Shown one piece after another: positions 21,004 to 33,148 of a stretch of DNA of 64,000 nucleotides. Position 1 is the first letter of the stretch. The number at the start of each line of letters is the position of its first letter. The DNA comes from Oikopleura dioica. Taxonomy: Eukaryota; Animalia; Chordata. Where the stretch lies: contig OU015569.1 in NCBI GenBank assembly GCA_907165135.1, positions 4,836,001 to 4,900,000 of the forward strand, given 5' to 3'. A model generated the notes under the pieces. It was not told the DNA's origin, did not search any database, and was given only the letters and a program-made list of their open reading frames with translations. The position numbers were made by a program, and so were the translations under genes.

Positions 21004-23375
21004 TTACTGTAAGAACTTGAATTCGCGCGTAAAGCTGTCTTCCAGCACAGGACACAAGTGAACATTTCGCCATTCGCCTGGACTCGCCTTGAAAAAAAGT
21101 TGTTGATAACAAAAATCGCAATTTGAAAGAACAGCAAACCTCAACTAACGGTCTTGTATTGCTCAGATCGGCGACAACTCGTCTTTTGAGTTCTTGCAGG
21201 TCTTGGTATGGATGATCGCGTAGAGCGGTGCACACGGCGTCGGTGAAATACGAAGCCTTCTCTGGATCGAGCGGCAGAAGCGCTACATTTCCTGAACGAT
21301 AAATTTGAATGAAGAGCTGATGATTCTAGAGTTGTTATTTTACCTTCTGTGGAAGCTGCGAAAAGTGCTACATTTCTTCGTAAAGGATAGGTATTCTCTG
21401 GCGGCGGGTAAATGGAATTCGCTAAAAGTTCATTTATTTCCTGCTAAGTGCTACAACTATGGACATTCACTGTTACTTACAGTGTCTGCGAGCATCTGCC
21501 ATCATTGCATCTTCTGGCGGCGCGAACTCATGCATTTGTCCCCTACAAGCTTCAAGAAAGATCAACTTGGGAATATCCTTGAATTTTTCGTTTTTCAAGA
21601 GCTCCTCCAAATAGCTCCAGAGGAAAATCTTGCCGTCGGAGAAGTGAATAAAAATCCCCTCGTAGTTATCGTCCTTCATGTTTCCTTTTGTAGCGGGTGC
21701 CAATATTATCAAATTATTTGTCAAAATATTATGCGTTCAATTCGTTCTTGTGCTTTGTCATAATATCCTGCGGTTTGAGTATTAAACAAGTGGCGATAAT
21801 TTAGAAACTAAATATGATTAGAGAAAATGCTTTTCTTTCACTAAAATTTTTAATAATTCCTAGATGTTGACTTATTCATAATGAAGTTATTCCATTTCAC
21901 TTGCCAATAACTTAGGGTAACAATTATGTAACGAGTCTTAGAAATAATTTAGATAATGAATTATCACTAATAATTCTTTTTAACCCTTCAGCAAAAGATA
22001 AACATTTTCTTGGACATTTTTTGCGTCATCATTAAAATCAAACCCTAACCATAACTCAAACTCAGCTCAGGATTGAAGCAATTTCCCACTTCCTTGTGAT
22101 CCATGAGTTTTTATATAAATGATAACTGCTCTCAGATCCTCGTTATCCTCAATTTGCTTCTTGTCGATTTTCTTCACGAATCTGCGCATGTAGTCTTTTC
22201 CCTTGTTGAGCGTGATCCTGTCTTCTGTAGTCTGCGTTGGACGGTAACCAAGTCGCGAAAATGTTTTAAACATTTTAGCCTGAATGTATGATTTCAGCCG
22301 GCGATTATCATAAGTCAGTACGGCTTTATGACGCAGGAGTGAATTGAAATCCAATTTTAATAAGAATACATTATGATACTTCGTGTTCCGCTGTTTTCTA
22401 GCAAAAAACGAAAAAACCTGCGGTAAGATGTTGTTGTTGAGTTTTGGTCATGTCACATGACTCATGTGATGATCTCTACAGAGTCTCTAGAATGTTGTTG
22501 AGGATCTATCGACGGGTGGCCATTTCTTGTTTTTTTCGCTCATTCCACTCTGGAAATTCTCAGAGTCCGGACCCGCACAATTTCAAGGTAACTTTTTCGA
22601 ATTTGAAAACTCGACACTAACGACAACTTTTTAGTCCTTCAAAAGGATTCAAAATCTACAATTGCCGAGGCAGTTGTAGTCAAAATGTATTTCCGAAAAG
22701 GGAGCTCTCTTCTTACTCAGGCTCTAAATCAGGGGCCTGAATAAAATCAATTTTCCTGAAAAGGAAACTGCATGCATCAAAATCAACCTGAATAAAATCA
22801 ATTTACTGTGCTCAGAAACTGTCAGTGCGAAAGTCAAAACTTTCTTTTGCACTCTTTTATGTTTCTTGTTCTTTTGCAGGCTATTTTGATAAAAAAAGAG
22901 GTCGTTTGTGTAGTTGCCTTTTGGGAGAGGGGTTCAGTTTTCAGGGTGCTATTTTCGAAAATAAACAGTTGAGTTCTAGAGCCATTTTGGAACTTAGGAA
23001 GCTTTCTTCCCAGAGTGGACTTAGTTAGCCTTATTAGGGAGTCAGCTTATCTGATTCAGATAGCCCAATTTCGAAAACAATTCTAGAGCTTTATACAAAG
23101 AATGATTGTAGTAAATCCCTATGGTAGTTGGTGAAAACGGAGTTTCAATATATATTCTCACGATGGGAAAACTGATGAAAGAAAAAGCATGATGTTTAAA
23201 TGTATCTTACTCTGTCTGTATGATGATTTTTCAAGTCGGGTAGTCCATCAAATTCACCAACAGAGATGCAAAAGATGCGTTTCTTCGAGTTTTTCCCGCC
23301 CTTGACATTGAAAAACTTGTCGTCTACCGGTTCGTTTACAAGCGTTTCTTCATCGTCTGATCTCTGAGAAGACAT
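21004..23375 (-). CDS. Caspase-fold cysteine protease (peptidase C14) without a prodomain; divergent S1 pocket
   Basis: Exon 1 23375-23211 (55 codons, MSSQRS...RIFCISVGEFDGLPDLKNHHTDR, gtaag donor) joins in phase 0 to exon 2 at 22279 (AKMFKTFSRLGY...VIIYIKTHG). Catalytic His codon at 22103-22105; KLIFLEACRG with Cys codon at 21545-21547. Small subunit NVALFAASTEG/NVALLPLDPEKASYFTDAVCTAL; C-terminus CPVLEDSFTREFKFLQ-stop (21004-21006). Confidence 0.88.
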
Positions 23376-23699
23376 AGGCTCAGATTTCTGTTAGTTATTC
23401 AACAGAAAGCCCCGTTTTCCCTTTCTCGTTTACGATTTACGCATACTCAGAGCTTCTTTTCATAGAGCAAACATAAAAAACGCCTCCAACGGGTCAAACA
23501 AAAAAGACTGTGAAAAACTACTGAGCATTTGAAGTGATTTTGACTCCGTTTGAAAGAATTCTAGCTTTCTCAAAATTAAGAAAACAGACCTCAGTGGGCA
23601 AACGATTTTGAGTTTTTTTCAAGCGAAGAAGTTATTTTAAAAAGAAGTTATTTTTATGGAAACGTGGGGTTTTGACCAACTCTGTCTAGTGCTCTTGAT

Positions 23700-24990
23700 G
23701 TTTATTATAATTTTGGGTCCGAGGAAGAACTTCTTATAAACACGAGAAGAAGTGGAATTCGCAGAAAAACGTTAAGGAATCACAATTATCACTTGTAGGC
23801 AAAATACTTCTTCGCCGCGTTGCGTCGGAATTCAAGCACTCCATAATTGTGGTGATGTCAAACCAAGATGGATTTTGTCACAACGCTCCTTCTCCTGAAG
23901 AATCTGGCTGAAACTTCCATTACAGTCAATTGTTATCCATATGGAAACACGTTAAACTGGAGCAATTTGGCAGTTGATGACTTAAAAATGACGGTCTGAA
24001 ATTGGAGCTGGTTAGAGATTTGTCACAGGCTCCCATTTTGTGGAGTCGCACCTGTTGCATTCTTACGTAATAAAAGAGTTTAGGTGGAACTTCTTTATTC
24101 CAGACGCAATTTCAAAGTTTCAAGCAATTTTCGCGCAAGTTAAAAATTCGAAAACGCCTCGCTCCAGCGCACGCACAGCTGCCAATTTTAGAAAATTTCT
24201 TCCGAGTACTTTTTTTTCAGAAGATGAATATCTCTCTCCGCGAATTCTCGTAAACTTATGCCGAGATGAGCTTTCAATGACCGAAAGTTTCACTGTAATC
24301 ATATATAATTTTTATAAAGAGAGAATTGTGTCTACAAAGGCTTTGGTTGATATTCCTTGAATAGTGATAAAGGGGTGCCGAATCAGGAAGCATGGACCCA
24401 CATTGCCCTTCCAGATAATGTTATCGCTATTTTGAACACTGGCTTGAGGAACAGGCTCGTCTAATCAACCCCTAAATCGCTTAGGCGCTTCGTTCTTTTT
24501 TTCTAAAGTTTTTGATTTAAGATTTTGAAATTTAAATTATCGGTACGCTTTATTTATTTACTGTTATTCGGGAAAGAAGGTTTTCTAACTGGCCGCGCCG
24601 GATATGAGCTTTCCAACAACAATTATGGTTGTTCGTCTTTTTCCAGTTCGGCGTCGTGTTTGGAATTTTATGCAGTCGAAGATGGGCAAGATGTGAAAGA
24701 GCCGAAATTCACGTTTGCGAGTTCGAACTTGCGTGGAAGGTTAAAATTAGACGTGATTTTGCTCTGCCGCGCGTGTCTAAACGAAATGATATTATTAACT
24801 GGTAATTTATGCTCCCGAGAACCCATCAAGGACCAAGAACTAAGACTAACCATACTATTTTCTTGTAACTCCGCCAAACACTGTAGAATCTTGTTTTTCA
24901 TTCTTTGTTGTTGGAGATGAAAACTTGATTTTTCGCTTCTTGTGTTGAAATTTCTGAACATCTGCGCAGCTCCAAAACTGCCAGTTCGTT
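23700..24990 (-). CDS. Possible unidentified multi-exon gene upstream of the caspase
   Basis: Short open segments bounded by plausible splice sites (e.g. MFRNFNTR...LQEN then gtatg). No recognisable motif; frame continuity not established. Confidence 0.2.
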
Positions 24991-25053
24991 ATCTGGGGCA
25001 ACAATAAACTAACCAACCGAAAAAAAAGTCAGATTTTGCTAACATTTTGCGTT

Positions 25054-25810
25054 ATGACAAGTTCAAGTGTTGCTGGTGAGCGTGGTTCTTACAAGAGAAG
25101 ACTTGAAGATGTGATCGACAAGGAAGCAACTGATCAACTAGAGATCTTTAAGAAACAGGCCGATCGAAAGTTGAAACTAGAAAATGCGATTAAAAGACGA
25201 AAAACGGAAGGTTCACCATTAATTCAAAAGTGACAAATAATTTTATTGAATTATTTTAAGCGCGACGAAAGTACCGCAAAGAACGAAAAGAGCAGAAGGA
25301 TAAGGAGATGGAAGCAAGTGCTGTCTACAAAGACCTTTACAAAAGAATGATGAAGGTAGGGTTCCGCACGATTCGAGACGTTTTGGCACTTCAGGCAATC
25401 AGCGCGCTCCATTTAAAAAAAATGTAAAATACTGGTGCCAAAAACAGGAAAACGGTGAATTTTTGAAATCTTAGACTATTCTTAATAAATTCCTGTCTAG
25501 ATTTAACCATGGTGCATCTGAATTTTATTTTTGCGCGATAACTTTTTTCGAATCGTGCAGAACCCTAGATGAAGGCAGCAACCGATATCGAAGACGCAAG
25601 AGAGGCTTGCCATGCTTTGGACGAGGCGTTTCCAGAGTTTGCCAAAGAGATAGAGGAGGAGGAAAACGATGGTAAGTCTGAGACTAAGAGTAAGATTTTG
25701 ATGAGTGATCAAAATTCTTCTAGCCTCAAACAACAATGGACAACGCTCAGCGACGGAATCTCCTCTTTTTTAACTTAATCAGTAAGCACTTTTTATTTAT
25801 CAACTGTTTA
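25054..25810 (+). CDS. Unidentified small highly charged, probably coiled-coil protein (4 exons)
   Basis: ATG 25054 MTSSSVAGERGSYKRRLEDVIDKEA...RRKTE / ARRKYRKERKEQKDKEMEASAVYKDLYKRMMK / MKAATDIEDAREACHALDEAFPEFAKEIEEEEND / ASNNNGQ..., joined in frame by canonical GT-AG introns. Confidence 0.6.
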
Positions 25811-26340
25811 TAAATTTTCTTAGCTCGATGATGGACGAAAATATTAAAACTTCAATAATATTCGACTGCTGTTCATCATCTTTTTTTATGAAAAAAAATG
25901 CAGTAATAAATTTGGCGATCTCAAGATTGATTATGAGTACAGTTTCTGTTAATTTGAATTTAACGAGTACGGGCCAGGTGTTTCTTGAGTATCGAAAAGT
26001 TGTCTTTCGTAACTTTCGATCTTCGCTAATCAGAGGTCAACGAAAACGCTAATTAGCAAAGATTTGGAAAAATGCGATCTTTCTTGCATCGACTACAAGA
26101 TAATAGCGAGTAAATCAGTTATCCACGGACGATCACTTGTCTGGAGAGTAAACTTGGAGCAGAAATGGAAATTCCGTTCACCAAGCGTGACAAAACGCGC
26201 TCATCACAGGTGCTCCCGTGGTTTTTGGCATTTCAGTTTGTTTATGCCCCCGCTACCGCCGCGTTTTAATAAATTGCCAAGGAATTTTTTTAAAAGAAGA
26301 AAGATGAGAGTATCAGAGAGGATTTTTTGAAGATGTAAAA

Positions 26341-29300
26341 ATGGGAAAATTGATCGTTTCCCAACTGCAGTGGGCGGTAATTCTGCTCGGTCTCTTCTAC
26401 CTCGTCGTCACAGTTCTACTTGACATTGAGTATGAATTTTCAGAAAAGGGATTTTATGCACTTTTTCGTAAAATAAACGTGAGGATAAAGATCTGATTAG
26501 TGAAAATCTTGACCCCTAAATTTTATTAGTAACAGAATATATTTATCACTAATTAATCAAATCGCCTCTTCGCTAGAAATGAACGTTTTCAGGAAAGACA
26601 AATCCTAAAAAGACTCGCTCCCCGAAAAGATGTCAGAGATTGAAAAAATGCTCGCTTCGGAAAGTGGCTTTCTCAAAAACTGCTCCCCTCCCCAACGTTT
26701 CGTTTTTCTAAAGAAACACAAATGCGCTTCTTCATCGTTTCAGGTCTGGCGTCTTACAGTTCCTTCTTACAGATACTTTCGATAATTTGGCAGAAAAGAG
26801 CCACTATGGTAGAACGTCTTCAACAATTTCCAAAAAGCGTTTGGGCTGCCTACTTTGACACCTTTGTTCGGCTCTTACGGCGGCGGCTATCCAAGTCGCA
26901 TGAAGGTAAAATAACATTTTCTCTCAAAACCCAAGTTACATCGTACCACCGCTCTTAGATCTCCTCAGAGACAGTCCATCAAAACAGAAAGGACCCAGAT
27001 TTATTTGATTGTCCGTCTCTGATTATCGTACTTCTTATGTCCCCAAATCGAGCGTTTAGAATGCCTAAAAATCTTCGTGTTTTTTTAGTTTATTAGAAAA
27101 GCTCGAATTTTCAATACAAAGATTTTTCGCAAGAACCTAAAAAGCAAAGAAAAAAAAACGGTGACAGCTAAACAAGCGTCTTTTGACATTTCCTGGCTGG
27201 CATAAAATTCTCGATTCTAGCCGTCGTTCTTCGCCTCTCCCATCGATTTGACACGGTATTCGATCAAGTGTCACCATCGCTTGAATCTACCTCTACAGTT
27301 GTCGATCTTTGCCGGAGCGAAATTCTTCACATCGCTTCGCGAGCCTTTCGCCACGTTCCACTCCAGCTACAACTTTCACTACTCCAGGTGGGCCTCCTTA
27401 CCGACCACGGCCTCTTCTTCAAGAGATTTGCCTCGCTAATGCCTAGCAATTTATTCACAACACATCCTTTCCAAAAAACAACAAAACTAATTATCTTGGC
27501 TTCTCTAAAATATAATATGTAAATTCGTCTTGAACAACAAAGAATAAGTCCTATGTTAACAACAATCAATTGCAAATAACGTCGCTTAACAATTAAAAAA
27601 AGCGAAGTTAAAGGAATTCTGTCAGGCCGCAATGATGAAAAATTAGACAAGCGCGAGCCCGTTATGAATTCTAAACTCGAGTTGGTAAATTATTCGTCCC
27701 ATACAAATGCCGATTTCACGTAAACGCCAATTAATAAAATCCGTATCCCTACTTCTAACCTCAGTGACAGTTTTTGGGCTCTAGGAAAAATCCGCACTCT
27801 GCGAAATTGTCAATCTCTATCATTCTTTTTGGTCTCACTTTTGCGCGAAATTTCCAATTGAAATTCGACAACTCCTTGCTTTCTAAAAGCGCGAAATTGT
27901 TCATCTTTCAATTTTTAAGCAAGCGAAATCATTTGATCCCAAGTAAGTTTGGGAAACAAACGAAACAATTATTGTTGCTCCGTTAAATGGGAACGAAAAA
28001 ACATTTCCCGGTTTACACTTTGAACAATGTTGTTATTACCCAACGCAAAAGTGGGGAATCGCTTTTAGTGCTCACTCTGTTCGAGAAATTACTTCCGTTT
28101 TTAATTCGTTCATTTTAGATTCTCAACGACAAAGCGGATCGAAGCAAGGGAATGCAATACCGCCTGCTGGTCAGTAACGGACTATTCAATCAAAAATAGA
28201 ATTACGCCTGTTACGACTCGAGCAAATTTTCTCAGGAGTTCAAGCCCGCTTAATTGATTCTATTAGTCTTATTTTGATAGTCCGGGTGTAGAACCCTTTC
28301 GAACATTTCTTGGCGGGCGCCTGGACGTCTCCCTAAGCGCATATTTGGATGAGCTTGATGGTGTGTTTGACCAAACAGTGCCGTGGTCTTTCAGATCCAA
28401 GAATTTCCAGGCATTTGAGCTTGGGCACGGGTTTTGCGAAAAAGAAAAGTGAAGTTGGCATTCAGCGCCAGCCACTATTTCGAACTTGAAATGACTTTTA
28501 CAAAACCTTTGACTTGATTAGACCCTTTCAACGACTCGCAGGCTTATCTCGACGAAGAGATCGCTAAACTTGACGATGCCTTTCACTTGGTTATGCTTCA
28601 GGGAATGGTTTATTATCATAGCAGCTCACTTAACTTTCTAAAGAACAGTAATCGAAGAAATCGAATATTACATCCATGTAAGGAATACTTTTTCGAATCG
28701 CTGGTCCTTCTCAGTCGTGAGCTATGCGTGGATTACCGCCTGCTTTTTGTCAACTTCCGGATGACAACGTCAAACGATTATGCAAGCCGCGAAGAGTTTT
28801 CGAAGTCGCAGATGGCGACATTTGAAAAGCACTTCGCTCAAGATCTGGCCATTTATGATCACTTCAATCGAACGTTTTGGTCGAGAGTAGCCGACTTTGG
28901 ACTAGGTCTCTTGATTTTAATGATTGCGCAAATGGAATCAACGTGAGAGCGACGTTTTCCCAATTGACCGTTGTAGGTCGATTTCGAACTGGCATTTTCA
29001 AGTTCACATTAGATAAAGCGTACCTTCTATTTTATCCAAAACAAAGTCATACAAATCGCTCTGCCCTTTTTGCAGCGCAAGGTCAAACCCCGATGCAACA
29101 GAATAGATAAGAGCCACTATTTTGGCATAAAACACACTTCCCAGATTTGAGTTGAGACCTTCTTAAAGTTTCGAAAATATGCGGATGGAAAAAACGAAGC
29201 TGGAATTTGTATTTGAAGAATGCAATCTGAACCCTGAGCTGTGCCAATTTCCTGTTTCAAAGAGCATGAAATCGACGGTGGACGACGTCTCTCAACCTTC

Positions 29301-29418
29301 AGTCAGCGAACTGCTCTTCACGATGAAATCAGCTGGTGGCTGGTGCCCCGACGGGGTTCAAAAAGAAATGTACGCAGGTAGACCAACGAACTGCACCCAG
29401 CTGGATCGCGGGTCTTGA
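26341..29418 (+). CDS. Galactose-3-O-sulfotransferase (GAL3ST family) Golgi type II sulfotransferase, multi-exon
   Basis: N-terminal signal anchor MGKLIVSQLQWAVILLGLFYLVVTVLL; 5'-PSB motif FVFLKKHKCASSSF (~26700-26745); 3'-PB motif FFTSLREPFATFHSSY (~27320-27370); AFHLVMLQ/EYFFESLVLL...LC...YDHFNRTFW (~28580-28880); stop at 29418. Confidence 0.9.
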
Positions 29419-29829
29419 TATAACCACACTGTTTTAACGCGAAGAAACAAGCTTGAAAAATATTCGAATAAAAAAATAAGCAACTCAATACAAAAATTTA
29501 TTTGTCCAGGATCAGTCAGTTTGAAACGTGGATCAAACAAATGGGTTTCTAAGAAATAATAACTGTAAAAGCAGGAGAAGAAAAGACAAGACGCCTTTGT
29601 GGGTCGAGGTAAACGTCGAGGATGAAACTTTCGCGGGTCTCGTAAATTCCGATTGATGGCTTTTTGGTGCTTCTGCAAATTGCTTTTAGAAGAGACTTAA
29701 TTTACCAGCTGTCGCCAGACTAAAAATCTCACGCTCTGATAAAATTTTGTTGACTTCGAAATTTTGTGCTAAGCCCAGTCTGGAATGAACTCAAGCCGGT
29801 TCACCCGAGGGTTTACTTAAATTTCTTCA

Positions 29830-32800
29830 GACCCAAATGCTGATTTTGCGGTAGCAGCAAAATTTTAGCTTTGCTTGAATCAGAGATTGCACAAGCATTG
29901 CCTGGTGGCCATCGAACAAGACTCCTGCGCGTGTTGCGGTTGCCTTCACCTAAAATCAATTATTTGGTGGAGCAACGGTTTTCCGATTATTACCGGATTC
30001 CCAGGCGCACTCTCTGCGGCAGACGCACCGACCTCCACTTTCTTCTTTGAGACGCGCTTTTTTCGACTTTTGGATTTTTTCCTGCTCTTAGACTTCTTCG
30101 CCGGTCCTTTTTATTAAGGGTACATTGAAACGTTTAATTTGTTTGTCAATTATAATTCTTTATCAACAATTTTATTTCTCTAGTTTTCAAAAATTAACAT
30201 TCAAAATTTTGCTGAGCAATTTCAATATACCCTTAAAAAAGTCTTCACGTGCCAAAATCGAGAGTAGAAATTATAGACTACCATTTATGACCTTATTGAC
30301 GATCTTGTCAAATTTCTGAGCATCTGGAGAACTCGGGAGTCTAGGCGATACGTACTCGTCTTTTTCATCCTCTGTTTTGTGGACCTGTTATGCGAGATCG
30401 CAAAAAACACTTGTAGGTAAATATTTTTAAGGTTATCATTAACAATAGCAAACTGAACAATTTCGCGACGCCTTTGGGTTCGCGAGGAATTTCAGGGTTA
30501 CGTCTAGGCATTTCAAGATGCGAGGAAATTGACCGAATTAAGAAAATAACCAAGCTGTTATTTTGCTGGAGATAAAGGGAATAAAAACATTCAATAATTT
30601 TTTATCTCGAAATACACTTCAATGATGTGTCTTCCTAGAAAATAAATATTTAGCGAAGGTACTTATCATTACACCAGCTAAAACTCACACTACAGTAACC
30701 CTCATATAGTAATACTCTAGTTTACGCGCTTAGTATTTGTGCCCTGGACAAAGTAAGCCTCCGCCCCAGAATTAAACTTGAGGCGAATTAGTAATGGATT
30801 TGTGTTTAGAAGCTTTCTAAAGTCAAGCTGCAGTACGTAATTTCGATTTCGCACCTAGCCTTGAAAATCTTCTCCAACGTCCTGATCCGATTCCCGCTGC
30901 CAGCAGTACTCCGCGATATCAACTCATTTAGAGTTGGAGATTTGGGATAAATCTTTTTCGCCCCAGCGTCAACGTCCGTGTTAAAAGCTAATCAACAAAA
31001 TAATTCAATTGATAGTTTCGGCAGTTTTTACCAGATGGAATTGAAACTCTGCTCGGTACTCTTTTTTGAGTGGAGGCATCACTAGCATCCTCAGGCTTTT
31101 TCGAGAAAATCGCCAACCGAGAAGATAGATTTCTACCTAAATATAGACTTAACGCCGGAACGCATATCGACCCATTTCTGGGTAAAGCGCTGAAATATGG
31201 CTTCAAAGATCGTCATTTTCTAGTGTATATTATTCCCTAATGTCCAAACGGACAATGGTCCAATATTCAAGTCCCAAATGGACGAACTTGGGTCATTCCT
31301 CCATGAAAAGGACAATTTACGGCAAATTTTGGTTTAATTGGTAACAGACCAATAAATCGTATTTTTATCAATAATTGGTACTGTACCAATAATAGTTGCA
31401 TACTTCCGAATATAAATAGTAAAAAAGGGTGCCTAAGAACTAATTAGATAAAGTGCCCTTCTTTAGTTGCTGATCTCACAGATAGCCAGGAAGTTGACCT
31501 GAGAGTCCAGATAGAATCGGAGAATGTATCGCTGTCCCATTAACTTTGGTGTCCGATTCAAAGCTTTCTGATCTCAGCAAGCTCTCATTGAACGTGTTGA
31601 GCATGTTCGATACGGAAATGCCCTCTTCCAAAGGCTACAGACAAGATAGAAATTGAATAATGCGAATCGAAAATAAATCTGTAACCCAAAGTCGAGTTCT
31701 TGTTTGAGATCATCCGAGAGATTCGTGGCTGCGCCCCTGCTTCTCAAAAAGTCGGTACTTGGCTTTTTGCACTGGCCAAGTGTGGGAGAGCCGGAGCCAG
31801 TCTTTTTCCATTCTTGAGGCGAAGAAAACACTTGTTGTCGTCGAGCCAGGTCTACGTCCAGCTTCAGGTTTTGGTTTTTACGTTTACTGATTATATGTGT
31901 GACTACTTTTAGTAACAGATTCTAAGTAACCATAAGAAGTAGACACATAACTTGAGAATTTGGTTGTTTGGTCGGAAGTATCGTTTTTATACGCGGAGAC
32001 TTAACATAATCGTTTAATGATTGGCAATTCAATTCCAACCTAAGGATTTTATTCCCCCACTCGCCAGCGACGTCAGAGTTGGTGACCGCCTCGAAGTCAC
32101 AGCCACGTCATTTTCGCGCTTCAACGAAGTTTTTAAACGGTAAAGTCAAATTCGACCTGTTTTTAGATTTTACGAGTAATTCGTTATCTGAGGGTTGAAC
32201 CTGCTCGTTTTTGTGTTATCTTGAAACACCCAAGATAGACGTATCCTTAATGCTTTTCCAAAGAAAGCTTTCACATCAAAAGAGGATACTTTTTGTTCCT
32301 AATAGAAGAGTTTCTTATCAAAATGAAAATTGTATCTATTCACTTGAATACATACAAAACATGTTCCTTGCGCAAGATCCTGTCTACGGCGGAAGGTTCT
32401 ATTTGTCCTAAAATAAAAACCGCTCCCTAAGAAACATTATTTTTGTATTGCTGTTTCTAAGTTTTGACTGAAGGCTAAACATTATGTAAGGGTTTAAGAA
32501 CTCCGGCTGCATTTGCGCTGCAATTTGAGAGACACTTTTCGTGTTGCCGATGTTGATGACGATTTTCTTTGCTGAGCCATTTTTATCGGATCGGATTTGT
32601 TCCCTCATTTTTCTCACTGTTTCAATGGTGAAATTTACCGTTTGCTTACAGAATATAGTCATTAACTTCTCACATTCCTGAACCGTTGTTAAGCTTTGCT
32701 AATGTTGGAGAGAGGATCTTGGCATAAGATTCGTCGGAAGTATATTGATTCCAGTCAATATTCAGGCGACTTGGATAGGTTTTCATTTATTCGAAATGCT

Positions 32801-32950
32801 TTTAAATCGAGACGAAGCGACAAAACCTAATCTTGGTAATTGTTTGTCCAAACTGCCTTTTTGCTAATAAAGCGTTACGAAGATGATCTTATTTTGCATT
32901 TCATAACTTACTTTTGCCTCTAACGCTTCAGCCACCTCAACGTCAAGTGC
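29830..32950 (-). CDS. Possible unidentified multi-exon gene or genes, including a Lys/Ser/Arg-rich segment
   Basis: Exon-like open segments, e.g. QTVNFTIETVRKMREQ...KIVINIGNTKS, RRQQVFSSPQEWKK..., MKKDEYVSPRLPSSPDAQKFDKIVNK (gt donor) and KGPAKKSKSRKKSKSRKKRVSKKK. No family recognised. Confidence 0.3.
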
Positions 32951-33148
32951 TTAATTACAAATATTTAAAAACGAATCAACTCTGAATGCGCGAGGGCGAG
33001 AGTAATTTTGCCCGCCGTTGATTGATATCGAGATATTGTCGATTTAGCAAGAAATTTTCGATTGAAGGCACGTCTTACGTAAACGGAGAAATACGGTCTG
33101 ATTCCGGATCTCGCCGAATCGTTTCCGACTGTTCATTATTTTTGTTAA

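Noticed and set aside
22067-22354. ORF-track start MDFNSLLRH as the caspase N-terminus
   Set aside because: It starts at TTG inside intron 1. The acceptor at 22280 joins in phase to an ATG-initiated exon at 23375-23211 that supplies the missing first beta-strand and helix.
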